This document shows positions 18,234 through 28,206 of a DNA stretch of 64,000 bases, in pieces (position 1 is the stretch's first letter; each line of letters starts with the position of its first letter). The translations under genes were made by a program, and so were the position numbers. This stretch comes from Thermoanaerobaculia bacterium (GTDB lineage Bacteria > Acidobacteriota > Thermoanaerobaculia > UBA5066 > Gp7-AA6). Below the pieces are notes generated by a model. The model worked only from the letters and a program-made list of their open reading frames with translations, was not told the DNA's origin and ran no database searches. The DNA lies in contig JAYRMU010000017.1 in assembly GCA_041912555.1 (NCBI GenBank), positions 2,608 through 66,607 of the forward strand, written 5' to 3'.

Positions 18234-19757
18234 TCAGCTCCTCAGGTCCCGGCCCGTCATTTCGTCCGGCACCGACAGGCCCTGCAGGCGCAGCAGCGTC
18301 GGGGCGACGTCGGACAACGCGCCTCCGTCGGCGAGCGTTCCCTTCTTCGCGCACAGGATGAACGGCACCGGGTTGGTGGTGTGGGCGGTGTGCGGCGCGC
18401 CGGTCACCGGATCGACCATCTGCTCCGCGTTGCCGTGGTCGGACGTCATCAGGAGCGTCACCCCCGCGTCCTTGCAGGCCGCTTCCAGGATCCCGAAGCA
18501 GCGGTCGAGGGTCTCGACGGCCTGGATCGTCTCGGGGAGCTTGCCCGTGTGGCCGACCATGTCGGCGTTGGCGAAGTTGACGACGTGGGCGCCGAAGCGC
18601 CCGTCGCGGAGCGCGCGGACCGCTTCCTCGGTGATCTGGGCCGCGCTCATTTCCGGGTGCAGGTCGTAGGTCGCCCCCTTCCAGGACGGGACCAGGACCC
18701 GCTCTTCGCCCGGAAACGGCTCCTCCACGCCCCCGTTGAAGAAGTACGTGACGTGGGCGTACTTCTCGGTCTCGGCCAGCCGGAGGTTGGCGACGCCGGC
18801 GCGGCCCCAGACGTCGGCCAGGATGTGGGTGAGCGGCTGGGGCGGGAACGCCACGGGCAGGCCGAAGTCGTCCTTGTACTCGGTGAAGCACAGGAAGTGC
18901 AGGCGCGGCGGCGCGGGCCGGGGAAAATCGGCGAAGGCCGCCTCGGTCAGCGCGCGCGTGATCTGGCGCGCGCGGTCGGCGCGGAAGTTGAAGAATACGA
19001 CGGTGTCGCCGTCGCGGATCGGGCCGACGGGCTGGTCGTTCTCGACCACGACGGTCGGCTGGACGAACTCGTCGGTCTCCCCGCGCGCGTACGCCGTCTC
19101 GACGGCCTCGGCCGCGCTCCCGGCGCGCAGCCCGGCCGAGAAGACCAGGGCCTGGTAGGCGCGGGCCACGCGGTCCCAGCGCTTGTCGCGGTCCATCGCG
19201 TAGTAACGCCCGGACACCGTGGCGATGCGGCCGCCCCACTTCGCGAGGGCGGCCTCGAGGCGGGCCAGGTATCCGAGCGCCGACTGGGGAGGCGTGTCCC
19301 GGCCGTCCGTGAAGACGTGAACGCGGACCCGCGGCACCCCCGCCCGCGAGGTGAGCTCGAGAAGGCCCTCGAGGTGCCGCGCGTGGGAGTGCACGCCGCC
19401 GTCCGAGACGAGGCCCATGAGGTGGAGCGTCGCCCCCTTGCGCCGCGCCTGCTGGAGGGCGGCGGTCAGCGCGGGATTCGTGAAGAACGATTCGTCGCGC
19501 AGCGCCAGGTCGATGCGCAGGAGGTCCTGCGGCACCATGCGCCCGGCGCCGAGCGTGAGGTGCCCGACCTCGGAGTTGCCCATGACTCCGGCCGGCAGGC
19601 CGACCGCCTCGCCCGAGGCCTCGAGCAGCGTCCAGGGGTACTCGGCCAGCCACCGGTCGTAGATGGGCGTCCGCGCACGCGAGATCGCGTTGGTTTCCGA
19701 CGGCGGGGCGTGGCCCCACCCGTCGCAGATGAGCAGCAGGACGGGGGGCGTCTTCAA
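18234..19757 (-). CDS. gpmI: 2,3-bisphosphoglycerate-independent phosphoglycerate mutase
   Basis: iPGM motifs (LICDGWG, SEVGHL, SDGGVHSH, TSDHGN). The start is a TTG overlapping the upstream stop. Confidence 0.85.
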   Translation of the reverse strand: MKTPPVLLLICDGWGHAPPSETNAISRARTPIYDRWLAEYPWTLLEASGEAVGLPAGVMGNSEVGHLTLGAGRMVPQDLLRIDLALRDESFFTNPALTAALQQARRKGATLHLMGLVSDGGVHSHARHLEGLLELTSRAGVPRVRVHVFTDGRDTPPQSALGYLARLEAALAKWGGRIATVSGRYYAMDRDKRWDRVARAYQALVFSAGLRAGSAAEAVETAYARGETDEFVQPTVVVENDQPVGPIRDGDTVVFFNFRADRARQITRALTEAAFADFPRPAPPRLHFLCFTEYKDDFGLPVAFPPQPLTHILADVWGRAGVANLRLAETEKYAHVTYFFNGGVEEPFPGEERVLVPSWKGATYDLHPEMSAAQITEEAVRALRDGRFGAHVVNFANADMVGHTGKLPETIQAVETLDRCFGILEAACKDAGVTLLMTSDHGNAEQMVDPVTGAPHTAHTTNPVPFILCAKKGTLADGGALSDVAPTLLRLQGLSVPDEMTGRDLRS

Positions 19758-20980
19758 GCGCGGGGCGCCGGTCGTGCGGTCTCGGAGAGCGCGCGGCGAG
19801 GACGGGCGGGCCGGGGCAGCCGCCGCTCGAGGTCGGAGACCACGTGCATGTACGTGATGTAGGCGTCGTAGGGCGACTCGAAGGGGGAGAAGTAGGCATG
19901 GACCATCGCGTCGCCCGACGCCTTGGTCGCCATGTAGTAGAAGTGGTCGGACGCCGAGAGCCGCCGGAAGTCCTCGGCGAGCTCCGCGGATCCGCTCGCC
20001 CGCACGCGGCGCTCGAGGGCGAAGAGCCTGCCGAGCGCGTCCTTCTGGAGGTCGTTGCCCTGCCAGGCCGATACGTCCCGCGCCTCGTCCGCCCAGGACA
20101 GCAGGCGGGGGGCCGACAGCGTGGCCGCGGCCGGCAGGCGGTCGACCGCCGCCGACGGGGTCAGGAACTCCGCGTTGCGCCGCGCCAGGCGGCGGTCCAC
20201 CCACTCCTCGAAGAACTCGAAGATCCCGGTCTCGCGCCGCTGGTGCTCGCCGAACGTCTCGAAGTCCATGAAGAGCGCGACGAGGTCGCCCGCGACGCCC
20301 GAGACCCAGCGGTCGTACTTCGCCGCGGTGAGGGGCCACTCCGGCCAGGAGCGGTCGGAGAACCGGAAGGCCACGTCGTCGGAAAGCCGGTAGTGGCGGA
20401 GGAGGAGGGGGATCCCCCGGGGCGTCGCCGCCCGGTACACGTGGGCGGGCGAGCCTCCCCGGAGCAGGGGCTCGACGCCGTCGGCGAGGACCGCCGAAAA
20501 GCCGAGGGCCTCGGCCGCGGCCGCGAGGCCGTCCGAATAGATGAGCTCGGTGTTGCGGAAGACGCGGGCTTCCGCGCCGAGCGTCTCGCGCAGGAGCGCC
20601 CGGTGGAGGGCGACCTGGGCTTCGAATTCCTCGCGGGAGGCGAGCCACGCGAGCGAGTGGTGGGACGTCTCGGCCAGGAACTCGACGCGGCCGCTCGCGG
20701 CGAGCCGGCGGAAGGCGTCCAGGACGTCGGGCGCCCACGCGGCCAGCTGCTCGAGGAGCGTGCCCGACAGGGAGAACGCGGCGGCGAAGCGCGGGTGCCG
20801 GTCGAGCAGCCTCTCGAACATCGCGGCGGCGGGGACGTAGCACCGCTCGGCGACCCCGGCCAGGATCTCGCGGTTGCGCGCCTCGTCGAAGTACCGGTGC
20901 TCGCGCCCGACGTCGAAGTAGTTGTAGCGGCGCAGGCGGTACGGCTGATGGACCTGGAAGTAAAGGCAGACCGGAATCAT
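19754..20980 (-). CDS. Glycoside hydrolase family 57 protein (alpha-amylase/4-alpha-glucanotransferase-like)
   Basis: The internal start MIPVCLYFQVHQPYRL... and the HQP motif match the GH57 N-terminus. There are 4-nt overlaps with both neighbours. Confidence 0.75.
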   Translation of the reverse strand: MIPVCLYFQVHQPYRLRRYNYFDVGREHRYFDEARNREILAGVAERCYVPAAAMFERLLDRHPRFAAAFSLSGTLLEQLAAWAPDVLDAFRRLAASGRVEFLAETSHHSLAWLASREEFEAQVALHRALLRETLGAEARVFRNTELIYSDGLAAAAEALGFSAVLADGVEPLLRGGSPAHVYRAATPRGIPLLLRHYRLSDDVAFRFSDRSWPEWPLTAAKYDRWVSGVAGDLVALFMDFETFGEHQRRETGIFEFFEEWVDRRLARRNAEFLTPSAAVDRLPAAATLSAPRLLSWADEARDVSAWQGNDLQKDALGRLFALERRVRASGSAELAEDFRRLSASDHFYYMATKASGDAMVHAYFSPFESPYDAYITYMHVVSDLERRLPRPARPRRALSETARPAPRA

Positions 20981-22230
20981 GGCGCCCGCAATTCTCGCAC
21001 CAATTCCCGGTAGACGGCGATGCATTGCCCGGCCGCCTGACGCCAGGACAACCGCCTCACCTCGGCGCGGCCGCGGGACGAGAGGGCGTGCCGCAGGGGA
21101 GGGAACGCGAGGACCGACAGGATCTTGGACGCGAGGTCCTCGACGTCGCCGAACTCGACGCGCAGCAGGTTGCGGACGACCTCGGACACGCCCGCGGAGG
21201 CCGAGACGATCACCGGGGTCCCGTGCTGCAGAGCCTCGAGGGCGGTCAGGCCGAACGGCTCCGACGCGGACGGCATCACGTAGACGTCGGCGCGCGCGTA
21301 GAGCCGGCCGAGCTCGGCGGGAGGCAGGAATCCCGTGAAGAGGAACCGCTCGGCCAGGCCGAGTCGCCCGACGCGGTCCGCCATGGATGCCATGCGGTCG
21401 CCCGACCCCGCCACGACGAACCGGACGTCGGGCCGCTCGGCGGCCACGCGCGCCGCGGCGTCGACGAAGTAGTCGGGCCCCTTCTGCCAGGTGACGCGAC
21501 CCGCGAAGAGGACGAGGGGAGCGTCGTCTTCGACCTTCCAGCGGCCCACCGACTCCGACGCGTCGATCGCGTTGTGCACGATCCGCAGCCGCTCGCGGGG
21601 CACCCCGTACTCGCGCGCGACCAGGTCCGCCGTGTATCCCGAGACGGCGACGACCCGGTCCGCCGCGGCGAGCCCGAGGCGCTCGATCGCGGAGACGAAC
21701 CCGCCGCCCGCGCCGCCCGCCCGGTCGAACTCGGTCGCGTGGACGTGCACGACGAGGGGCTTGCCCGACGCCCTCCGCGCTTCGAGACCCGCGAGGAAGG
21801 TCAGCCAGTCGTGGGCATGGATGACGTCGAACCGCTCCCGGGCCGCGATGCGCGCGGCGGCGCCGGCGTAGCGGAGCACCTCGCGGTGGAGGTCGGGACC
21901 GTAGTTGCCCCTGAAGGGCGTTCCGGCGCGCTCGGCTTCGCGGCGCTCCTCGTCGTAGGCGGCCTCCGTCAGGTAGGGCCGCAGCGGGCTCGCGATGCGG
22001 CGTAGGCGCGGCCGCCGTCCCCGGCGCCGTGTCCTCGCCGGCGGGCCTTCGGCCGCGGCCGGCGTCAGGATCGTGAGGCCCGGGGGCGCCGGTGGTGGCG
22101 ACCTCCGCGGCAGCACGAGGGCGACCTCGGCGTCGAGCTCGAGAAGGCCGCGAACGAGGCCCTCGCACGCCACGCCGAGCCCTCCGCTGACGTAGGGAGG
22201 GAACTCCCAGCCGAACATGAGGACGCGCAT
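20977..22230 (-). CDS. GT4 family glycosyltransferase (glycogen-synthase-like)
   Basis: Start MRVLMFGWEFPPYVSGGLG; C-terminal EPFGLTALEA GT4 motif. Confidence 0.8.
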   Translation of the reverse strand: MRVLMFGWEFPPYVSGGLGVACEGLVRGLLELDAEVALVLPRRSPPPAPPGLTILTPAAAEGPPARTRRRGRRPRLRRIASPLRPYLTEAAYDEERREAERAGTPFRGNYGPDLHREVLRYAGAAARIAARERFDVIHAHDWLTFLAGLEARRASGKPLVVHVHATEFDRAGGAGGGFVSAIERLGLAAADRVVAVSGYTADLVAREYGVPRERLRIVHNAIDASESVGRWKVEDDAPLVLFAGRVTWQKGPDYFVDAAARVAAERPDVRFVVAGSGDRMASMADRVGRLGLAERFLFTGFLPPAELGRLYARADVYVMPSASEPFGLTALEALQHGTPVIVSASAGVSEVVRNLLRVEFGDVEDLASKILSVLAFPPLRHALSSRGRAEVRRLSWRQAAGQCIAVYRELVRELRAP

Positions 22231-22327
22231 GGAAGGAACGGTTTCAGGCTTCAAGTTTCAGGTTTCAGGATGCCGGGCACTGGAAACTTGAAACTTGAAA
22301 CCCGTAACGTGAATCTCGAGGCATCTC

Positions 22328-24232
22328 CTAGTCTTCCCCGAGCAGGTGCTGATACACCACGCGCGCCACTTCCGCGACGCTCCAGGCCTGGGCGAAGCAG
22401 CCGCGCGGCGCGTGGGGCGGGTCGCCGTCGAAGCACTCCGAGATCGACCCGAGCCCCGCGTCCCGGATGTGCGCGCGCAGCGGCGCGAGCAGCGCCCGCA
22501 TCGTGCGGCGGGACTCTTCGGTGTGGCCGAAGACGCGGAAATGGGCGTCGGCGAAGGGGCCCATCAGCCACGGCCAGACCGTTCCCTGGTGCGCGGCAGA
22601 GAGACGCGAGCGCTCGTCCCCGGCGCATTGCCCCTGGTAGCGGGGATCCGCCGGCTCGAGCGTCCGCAGCCCGAAGGGCGTCAGCAGCTCGCGGCGGACG
22701 GTCCAGTACACCGAGCGCGCGCGGTGCGGCGGGAGCAGGTCCTCGGTCAGCGCGACGGCGAGGATCTGGTTGGGCCGCAGGCTCGCGTCGGCCCCCGCGT
22801 CGCCGACCACGTCGTAGAGGTAGCCCTTCGCGCCGTACCAGAAGGTCTCGTTGAACCGGCGCGCGACGTGCCAGGCTTCCGACTCGAGCTCGCGCGCGCG
22901 TCCCGCTTCCTCCGAGAGACGCTCGAGCCGCGCGGCGCTCTTGAGGGCGGCGTGCCACAGCGCGTTGACTTCGACGGCCCGGCCCGAGCGCGGCGTCACG
23001 GGCGCCCCGTCCACCGAGGCGTCCATCCAGGTCAGCGCGCGGCCGGGCGCGTCGCCGACGAGCAGGCCGTCGGGGCCCACGCCGATGCCGAAGCGCGTGC
23101 CCCGGCGATAGGCGTCGATGATCGAGCGCACGGCGCCCGTCAGCGGCGAGGGGGCGAGCGGGTTCCGGCGCGCGCGACCGAACCAGTCCACGGCGAGGAT
23201 GAACCAGAGGGAGGGATCGATCGCGTCGTACTCCGGATCGCCTTCTTCGCGGGAGAAATGGCTCGGCACGAGGCCGTCGCGGCGGGCGCCCGCGAACGTG
23301 TTGAGAACGCGCGCGACCGCTCCGGCGCGCCCGGTGGCCTGGGCGAGGCCGGGCGCGGCGATCAGGGCCTGGCGGCCCCAGTCGGCGAGCCAGGGGTATC
23401 CCGCGAGGATGGTGGCGCGGCGGGGGTCGGCTTCCACGACGAATCCCTCGGCGCGCCGCGCGAGCTCGTCGAAGATCGGGTCCTGCGTCCGCGCGAAGGC
23501 CTGGCGCCTCCGGCGCTCCTCGTCCAGGAAGTGCTCGGGGTCCGCGGCAACCTCGTCGATCGAGAAGAGGGCGAACGCCTTCGCGTCGGGCCGCAGGGTC
23601 CACTCCCACTCGAGCGGGCTCCACAGGTCTTCCGACGCGTCGTACCCGCGCTCCTCCTCCTCGGCGTAGGCGAAGTGCCGGTACCAGACGGGGTCGGAGC
23701 GCGTCGCGGCGAAGACGCCCCGCAGGAAGAGCCGCGGCAGGTAGGGCAGCGGCCGCACCCAGGTGACCTCCCCGCGTTCCTCGGTGGTGGCGTCCCAGTC
23801 CGTCGTCTCGGTCTGCAGGCGGTGCGAGCCGCGGAACGCGAGCAGCGGCCGGACCCTGAGGGTGACCTCGGTCGTGCCGCGGTTGACCCACCGCACGATG
23901 GTCAGGGAGCGGTCGCGCACGAGACACAGCGAGCGCTCGACCGTGAAGGCCGGCGTCCGGTGCGTCCAGGTCGGGAAGGGCTCGAGCCGGAATCCGTCCA
24001 GCGTCCTCGAGCCGTTGGGGTGCACCGCGTCGCGATAGGCCTGGGTCGAGATCCCCTCGGTGACGCCGCCCGCCGTCACGAACTCGTCGCACCCGGACAC
24101 GAGCATCCAGCGCCGGCGCGGCGGAGGAATGGCGGGGACGTACCAGCCGTGGTACCGGCGGGTGCGCGCGCCGCCGACGGTGCCGCAGGCGAATCCGCCG
24201 AGGCCGTCGGTTTCCAGCCACTCGAGGCTCAT
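22328..24232 (-). CDS. Glycogen debranching enzyme (amylo-alpha-1,6-glucosidase, GDE_C family)
   Basis: Start MSLEWLETDGLGGFACGT; C-terminal six-hairpin glucosidase motifs (GYPWLADWGRQ, EVNALW). Confidence 0.8.
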   Translation of the reverse strand: MSLEWLETDGLGGFACGTVGGARTRRYHGWYVPAIPPPRRRWMLVSGCDEFVTAGGVTEGISTQAYRDAVHPNGSRTLDGFRLEPFPTWTHRTPAFTVERSLCLVRDRSLTIVRWVNRGTTEVTLRVRPLLAFRGSHRLQTETTDWDATTEERGEVTWVRPLPYLPRLFLRGVFAATRSDPVWYRHFAYAEEEERGYDASEDLWSPLEWEWTLRPDAKAFALFSIDEVAADPEHFLDEERRRRQAFARTQDPIFDELARRAEGFVVEADPRRATILAGYPWLADWGRQALIAAPGLAQATGRAGAVARVLNTFAGARRDGLVPSHFSREEGDPEYDAIDPSLWFILAVDWFGRARRNPLAPSPLTGAVRSIIDAYRRGTRFGIGVGPDGLLVGDAPGRALTWMDASVDGAPVTPRSGRAVEVNALWHAALKSAARLERLSEEAGRARELESEAWHVARRFNETFWYGAKGYLYDVVGDAGADASLRPNQILAVALTEDLLPPHRARSVYWTVRRELLTPFGLRTLEPADPRYQGQCAGDERSRLSAAHQGTVWPWLMGPFADAHFRVFGHTEESRRTMRALLAPLRAHIRDAGLGSISECFDGDPPHAPRGCFAQAWSVAEVARVVYQHLLGED

Positions 24233-24455
24233 GGCGCGGCCCGCGAGCTCGGCGGCGGACCACTCGAGCGGCTTGCGGGCGCCGCGCGCCGTCAACGGGG
24301 ATCGTCGTTCGGACAAGGAGTGCGAAACCTCTCCCGGCGATTCTCTATCAAATGGACGGCCGGAAGGAGCCTGCCCGGCGTTTACTCCGCCTTCAGCCCG
24401 CCTGCCGGTCCCGGCCGGCGCCGCGTAATAAGATCGATCGTGACGAGGAGGTCCC

Positions 24456-26477
24456 TTGAGCGCTGTGAAAAAGACTCTCGACGAGCTCTGCGTGGACACG
24501 ATCCGCACGCTCTCCATCGACGCCGTCCAGAAGGCGAATTCCGGACACCCGGGCCTCCCGCTGGGCGCCGCCCCGATGGCTTACGTCCTGTGGCAGAGCC
24601 ACCTGCGGCACAACCCCCGGGATCCGCACTGGCCCGACCGGGACCGGTTCGTCCTGTCCGCCGGCCACGGCTGCATGCTGCTCTACAGCCTCCTCCACCT
24701 GACGGGCTACGACCTCTCGCTCGACGACCTCAAGGCGTTCCGGCAGTGGGGAAGCCGGACCCCGGGCCACCCCGAGGTGCACCTGACCCCGGGCGTCGAG
24801 GCCACGACGGGCCCCCTCGGACAGGGAACCGCGAACGCGGTCGGCATGGCCATCGCGGAGCGGTTCCTCGCGGCCCGGTACAACCGCCCCGGCCACGAGA
24901 TCGTGAATCACCGCACCTTCTGCCTGGTGGGCGACGGAGACCTGATGGAGGGGATTTCGTCGGAGGCCGGGTCGCTGGCCGGGCACCTGAAGCTCGGCAA
25001 GCTCGTCTACCTCTACGACGACAACAAGGTCACCCTCGACGGGCCGACCTCGCATGCGTTCACCGAGGACGTCCTGCGGCGGTACGAGGCCTACGACTGG
25101 CAGGTGCTGCGCGTCGAGAACGGGAACACCGATCTCGGGGCGATCGACGCCGCGATCCGCACGGCGGTCTCGCAGGAGGAGAAGCCGACGATCATCGCGG
25201 TGCGGACGACCATCGGCTACGGCTCGCCGCACAAGGCGGGCACGTCCGCGGCGCACGGCAGCCCGCTCGGGCCCGAGGAGGTCGCCCTCACGAAGAAGGC
25301 GCTCGGCTGGGAGTGGACCGAGCCGTTCTTCGAGCCCCCCGACGCCCTGAAGCACTTCCGCGCCGCGCTCGAGCGGGGCACGAAGCTCGAGGAGGACTGG
25401 GACCGCCGTTTCGCGGCCTGGGCGGCGGCCTACCCCGACCTCGCCGAGGAATGGCGGACCTCCCGCAAGGGCGCCCTGCCGGCGGGCTGGGATGCCGCGC
25501 TTCCGAAGTGGAAGGCGGGGGAATCGCTGGCGACGCGCGTCGCCGGCGGCAAGGTGTTGAACGCCGTCGCCCCGAAGGTGCCGTGGCTCGTCGGCGGCGA
25601 CGCCGACCTCGCGGAATCGACCAAGACGCGCCTCGAGGGTGCCGGCGACTTCGACGGCCAGACCGGCGAGGGCAATAACCTGCACTACGGCGTCCGCGAA
25701 CATGCGATGGCCGCCATCGCCAACGGCATGGCGTACCACGGGGGCGTGCGGCCGTTCGTGGCCACGTTTTTCTGCTTCTCCGACTACATGCGCCCCTCGA
25801 TCCGGCTCGCGGCGCTCAACAAGCTCTCGACGATCTTCGTGTGGACGCACGACTCGATCGGTCTCGGGGAGGACGGCCCGACGCACCAGGCCGTCGAGCA
25901 CCTGATGTCGCTGCGGGCGATGCCGGACTTCGCCGTCGTCCGGCCGGGCGACGCGACCGAGACCGCCGAGGCGTGGCACTCGATCCTCGAGCACCACGAC
26001 GGCGCGATCGGCCTGGTGCTCTGCCGCCAGAACATCCCGGTGCTCGACCGGTCGACCGCGCGGGGCGACGCGTCGCGCGGCGGCTACGTGCTCGCCGAGG
26101 CCTCGGGGGGCGCCCCGAAGGTGATCCTCCTCGCGACGGGATCGGAGCTCCACGTGGCCGTGGCCGGCCGGCAGAAGCTGGAGGCCGCCGGCATTCCGAC
26201 GCGGGTGGTCTCGATGCCGTGCTGGGAGTTCTTCGACCGGCAGCCGCGGTCGTACCGGGACGACGTCCTGCCGCCTTCGGTGCGGGCGCGCCTCTCGATC
26301 GAGGCCGGCGTCACGCTGGGCTGGCAGAAGTACGTGGGCGACGGCGGGGGCTCGATCGGGGTCGACCGCTTCGGCGCGTCCGCTCCGGGCGAGGTGGTTC
26401 TGAGGGAGTACGGAATCACCGCCGACCATGTCGTGACGTTCGCCCAGGACCTTGCCCGGAAGAAGGGCGAAGCTTGA
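24456..26477 (+). CDS. tkt: Transketolase
   Basis: TPP-binding [12 protein letters not shown], and a pyrimidine-binding/C-terminal domain. 673 aa. Confidence 0.9.
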   Translation: MSAVKKTLDELCVDTIRTLSIDAVQKANSGHPGLPLGAAPMAYVLWQSHLRHNPRDPHWPDRDRFVLSAGHGCMLLYSLLHLTGYDLSLDDLKAFRQWGSRTPGHPEVHLTPGVEATTGPLGQGTANAVGMAIAERFLAARYNRPGHEIVNHRTFCLVGDGDLMEGISSEAGSLAGHLKLGKLVYLYDDNKVTLDGPTSHAFTEDVLRRYEAYDWQVLRVENGNTDLGAIDAAIRTAVSQEEKPTIIAVRTTIGYGSPHKAGTSAAHGSPLGPEEVALTKKALGWEWTEPFFEPPDALKHFRAALERGTKLEEDWDRRFAAWAAAYPDLAEEWRTSRKGALPAGWDAALPKWKAGESLATRVAGGKVLNAVAPKVPWLVGGDADLAESTKTRLEGAGDFDGQTGEGNNLHYGVREHAMAAIANGMAYHGGVRPFVATFFCFSDYMRPSIRLAALNKLSTIFVWTHDSIGLGEDGPTHQAVEHLMSLRAMPDFAVVRPGDATETAEAWHSILEHHDGAIGLVLCRQNIPVLDRSTARGDASRGGYVLAEASGGAPKVILLATGSELHVAVAGRQKLEAAGIPTRVVSMPCWEFFDRQPRSYRDDVLPPSVRARLSIEAGVTLGWQKYVGDGGGSIGVDRFGASAPGEVVLREYGITADHVVTFAQDLARKKGEA

Positions 26478-26535
26478 GCCGGAACCCGCAGGGGGGGCCG
26501 TCCGCGCCCGGGCCGGGCGTCGCGCGCGAGGACGT

Positions 26536-28206
26536 CTGCCGCGTCCGCGGGCCGATGCGGCCCACCGCGAGGGTGGCCTGAATCTCCAGCCCGACGGGGC
26601 GGCGCAGCGTTGCCGCGAGGCCGCGGCGCGGCTGGCGGCCGAGAACGCCGTCGAGCGGATCTGGGCCGGGGACGCCTCGTTCTGGAGGCCGGAAGCCCTC
26701 GCCCGCAAGCGGATCGAGGCGTCCCTCGGCTGGCTGACGCTGCCCGAGCGGATGGAGGCGGCGCTCCCGGATCTCGAGGGGCTCGCCGAGGAGCTCCGCG
26801 GGGAGGCCGACCGCGTTCTCGTGATCGGGACGGGCGGGGCCGCCCTTCCGGCGTGGGTCCTCGCCGGGGCGTTCGGGCCGCGGGAGGGATGGCCCCGGCT
26901 CTCGACGATCGACACCACGGAACCCTCGGACGTGGCGGCGGCGATCGCGGGCCACGATCCGGCGCGGACGCTCTTCGTCGTTTCGTCGCGCACCGGGGCG
27001 ACGCTCGAGACGAACCTGCTCTTCGACGTTCTCTACGACCACGCCGAGAGCGCGCTCGGCGGCGAGGCGGGCCGGCGCTTTCTCGTCGTGACCGAGCCCG
27101 GCTCGGCGCTGGCGACGGAGGCCGCGCGGCGCAAGGCCCGGGGCGTCTTCCCCGTGGAGGCCGGCGCGCCCGGAGAATTCGGCGCGCTGTCGCGGTTCGG
27201 GCTCCTGCCCGCGGCGCTCGCCGGAATCCCGGTCGGCGACCTCCTCGAACGCGCGCGGCGGATGGCCGAGGCGTGCCGTGCGGCCGGCCCCGCGAATCCA
27301 GGCCTGTTTCTCGGGGCCGCGCTCGGCGCCGAGGCCCTCGCCGGGCGCGACAAGCTGACCCTTTCGATCGGCGGCCCCGCCGGGCGCCTGGGCGCCTGGA
27401 TCGACGCCCTCCTCTCGGGCGCCACGGGCAAGGACGGCCGCGGCATCGTCGCGGTCGATGGCGAGGCGCTGGGGCCTCCGGGGGCCTACGGCGCCGACCG
27501 GTTCTTCGTCCGCATCGCGACGGCGGACGCGGAGGACACGGCCGCCGAGCACCGCCTCGCGACGCTCGTCGAGCACGGGAACCCGCTCGCCGGCTTCGTC
27601 CTGCGCGACGCCCTCGATCTCGGCGCGGAGCTCTTTCGGTGGGAGTTTGCGGCGGTCGCCGCCGCGCGACTGCTCGGCGTCGACCCGTTCGACGAGACGG
27701 ACGCCCGCGACGCCCGGGACCGCGCGAACCGGATCCTCGCCGGCGGCGCGCCCGATCCGCCGGTCGCGGCGGCCGCTTCCGGGGACGCGTTCGCCGCACT
27801 CCTCGCCTCGTTGCGCCCGGGGGACCAGTTCGCGATCTCCGCGTACCTGCCCGAGCGCCCGGAGGTGGCGGCCGCGCTCGCCTCTCTGCGCCTCGCGGTG
27901 CGGGACGGAAAGCGCGTCGCGACGACGGCCGGCTTCGGGCCGCGGCGGCAGCAGGCGGCGGGCCAGCTCCAGGCGGGAGGGGGGCCGCGCCTGGCCTTCC
28001 TCCAGCTGACGTGCGCGCCGGGGGAGCCCGTCCCGATTCCGGGCCGGCCGTGGGATTTCGGCGCGGCCTTCGCCGCGCAGGCGGACGGAGAGCTCGAGGC
28101 GCTGGCGGCCCGCGGCCGACGCGTCGCGCGGGTGCGCCTCGGGGCGGATCTCGAGAAGGGGATCGCGGATCTGACGGCGGCCGTCGGCCGCGGGGGGACG
28201 TCATGA
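26536..28206 (+). CDS. pgi: Glucose-6-phosphate isomerase; start codon uncertain
   Basis: PGI/SIS-type similarity from ...LNLQPDGAAQRCREAAARLAAENAVERIWAGDASFW. There is no in-frame ATG or GTG between the tkt stop and the conserved region, only CTG codons. Confidence 0.7.
   Translation: MPRPRADAAHREGGLNLQPDGAAQRCREAAARLAAENAVERIWAGDASFWRPEALARKRIEASLGWLTLPERMEAALPDLEGLAEELRGEADRVLVIGTGGAALPAWVLAGAFGPREGWPRLSTIDTTEPSDVAAAIAGHDPARTLFVVSSRTGATLETNLLFDVLYDHAESALGGEAGRRFLVVTEPGSALATEAARRKARGVFPVEAGAPGEFGALSRFGLLPAALAGIPVGDLLERARRMAEACRAAGPANPGLFLGAALGAEALAGRDKLTLSIGGPAGRLGAWIDALLSGATGKDGRGIVAVDGEALGPPGAYGADRFFVRIATADAEDTAAEHRLATLVEHGNPLAGFVLRDALDLGAELFRWEFAAVAAARLLGVDPFDETDARDARDRANRILAGGAPDPPVAAAASGDAFAALLASLRPGDQFAISAYLPERPEVAAALASLRLAVRDGKRVATTAGFGPRRQQAAGQLQAGGGPRLAFLQLTCAPGEPVPIPGRPWDFGAAFAAQADGELEALAARGRRVARVRLGADLEKGIADLTAAVGRGGTS

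Noticed and set aside
12751-19899. Very long ORFs 12751..15036 (+), 15087..19862 (+), 16009..19899 (-)
   Set aside because: They have Arg/Gly/Pro-dominated composition and lie antisense or out of frame relative to genes with clear domain signatures (M24 peptidase, sulfatase-like, gpmI). These are GC artefacts.
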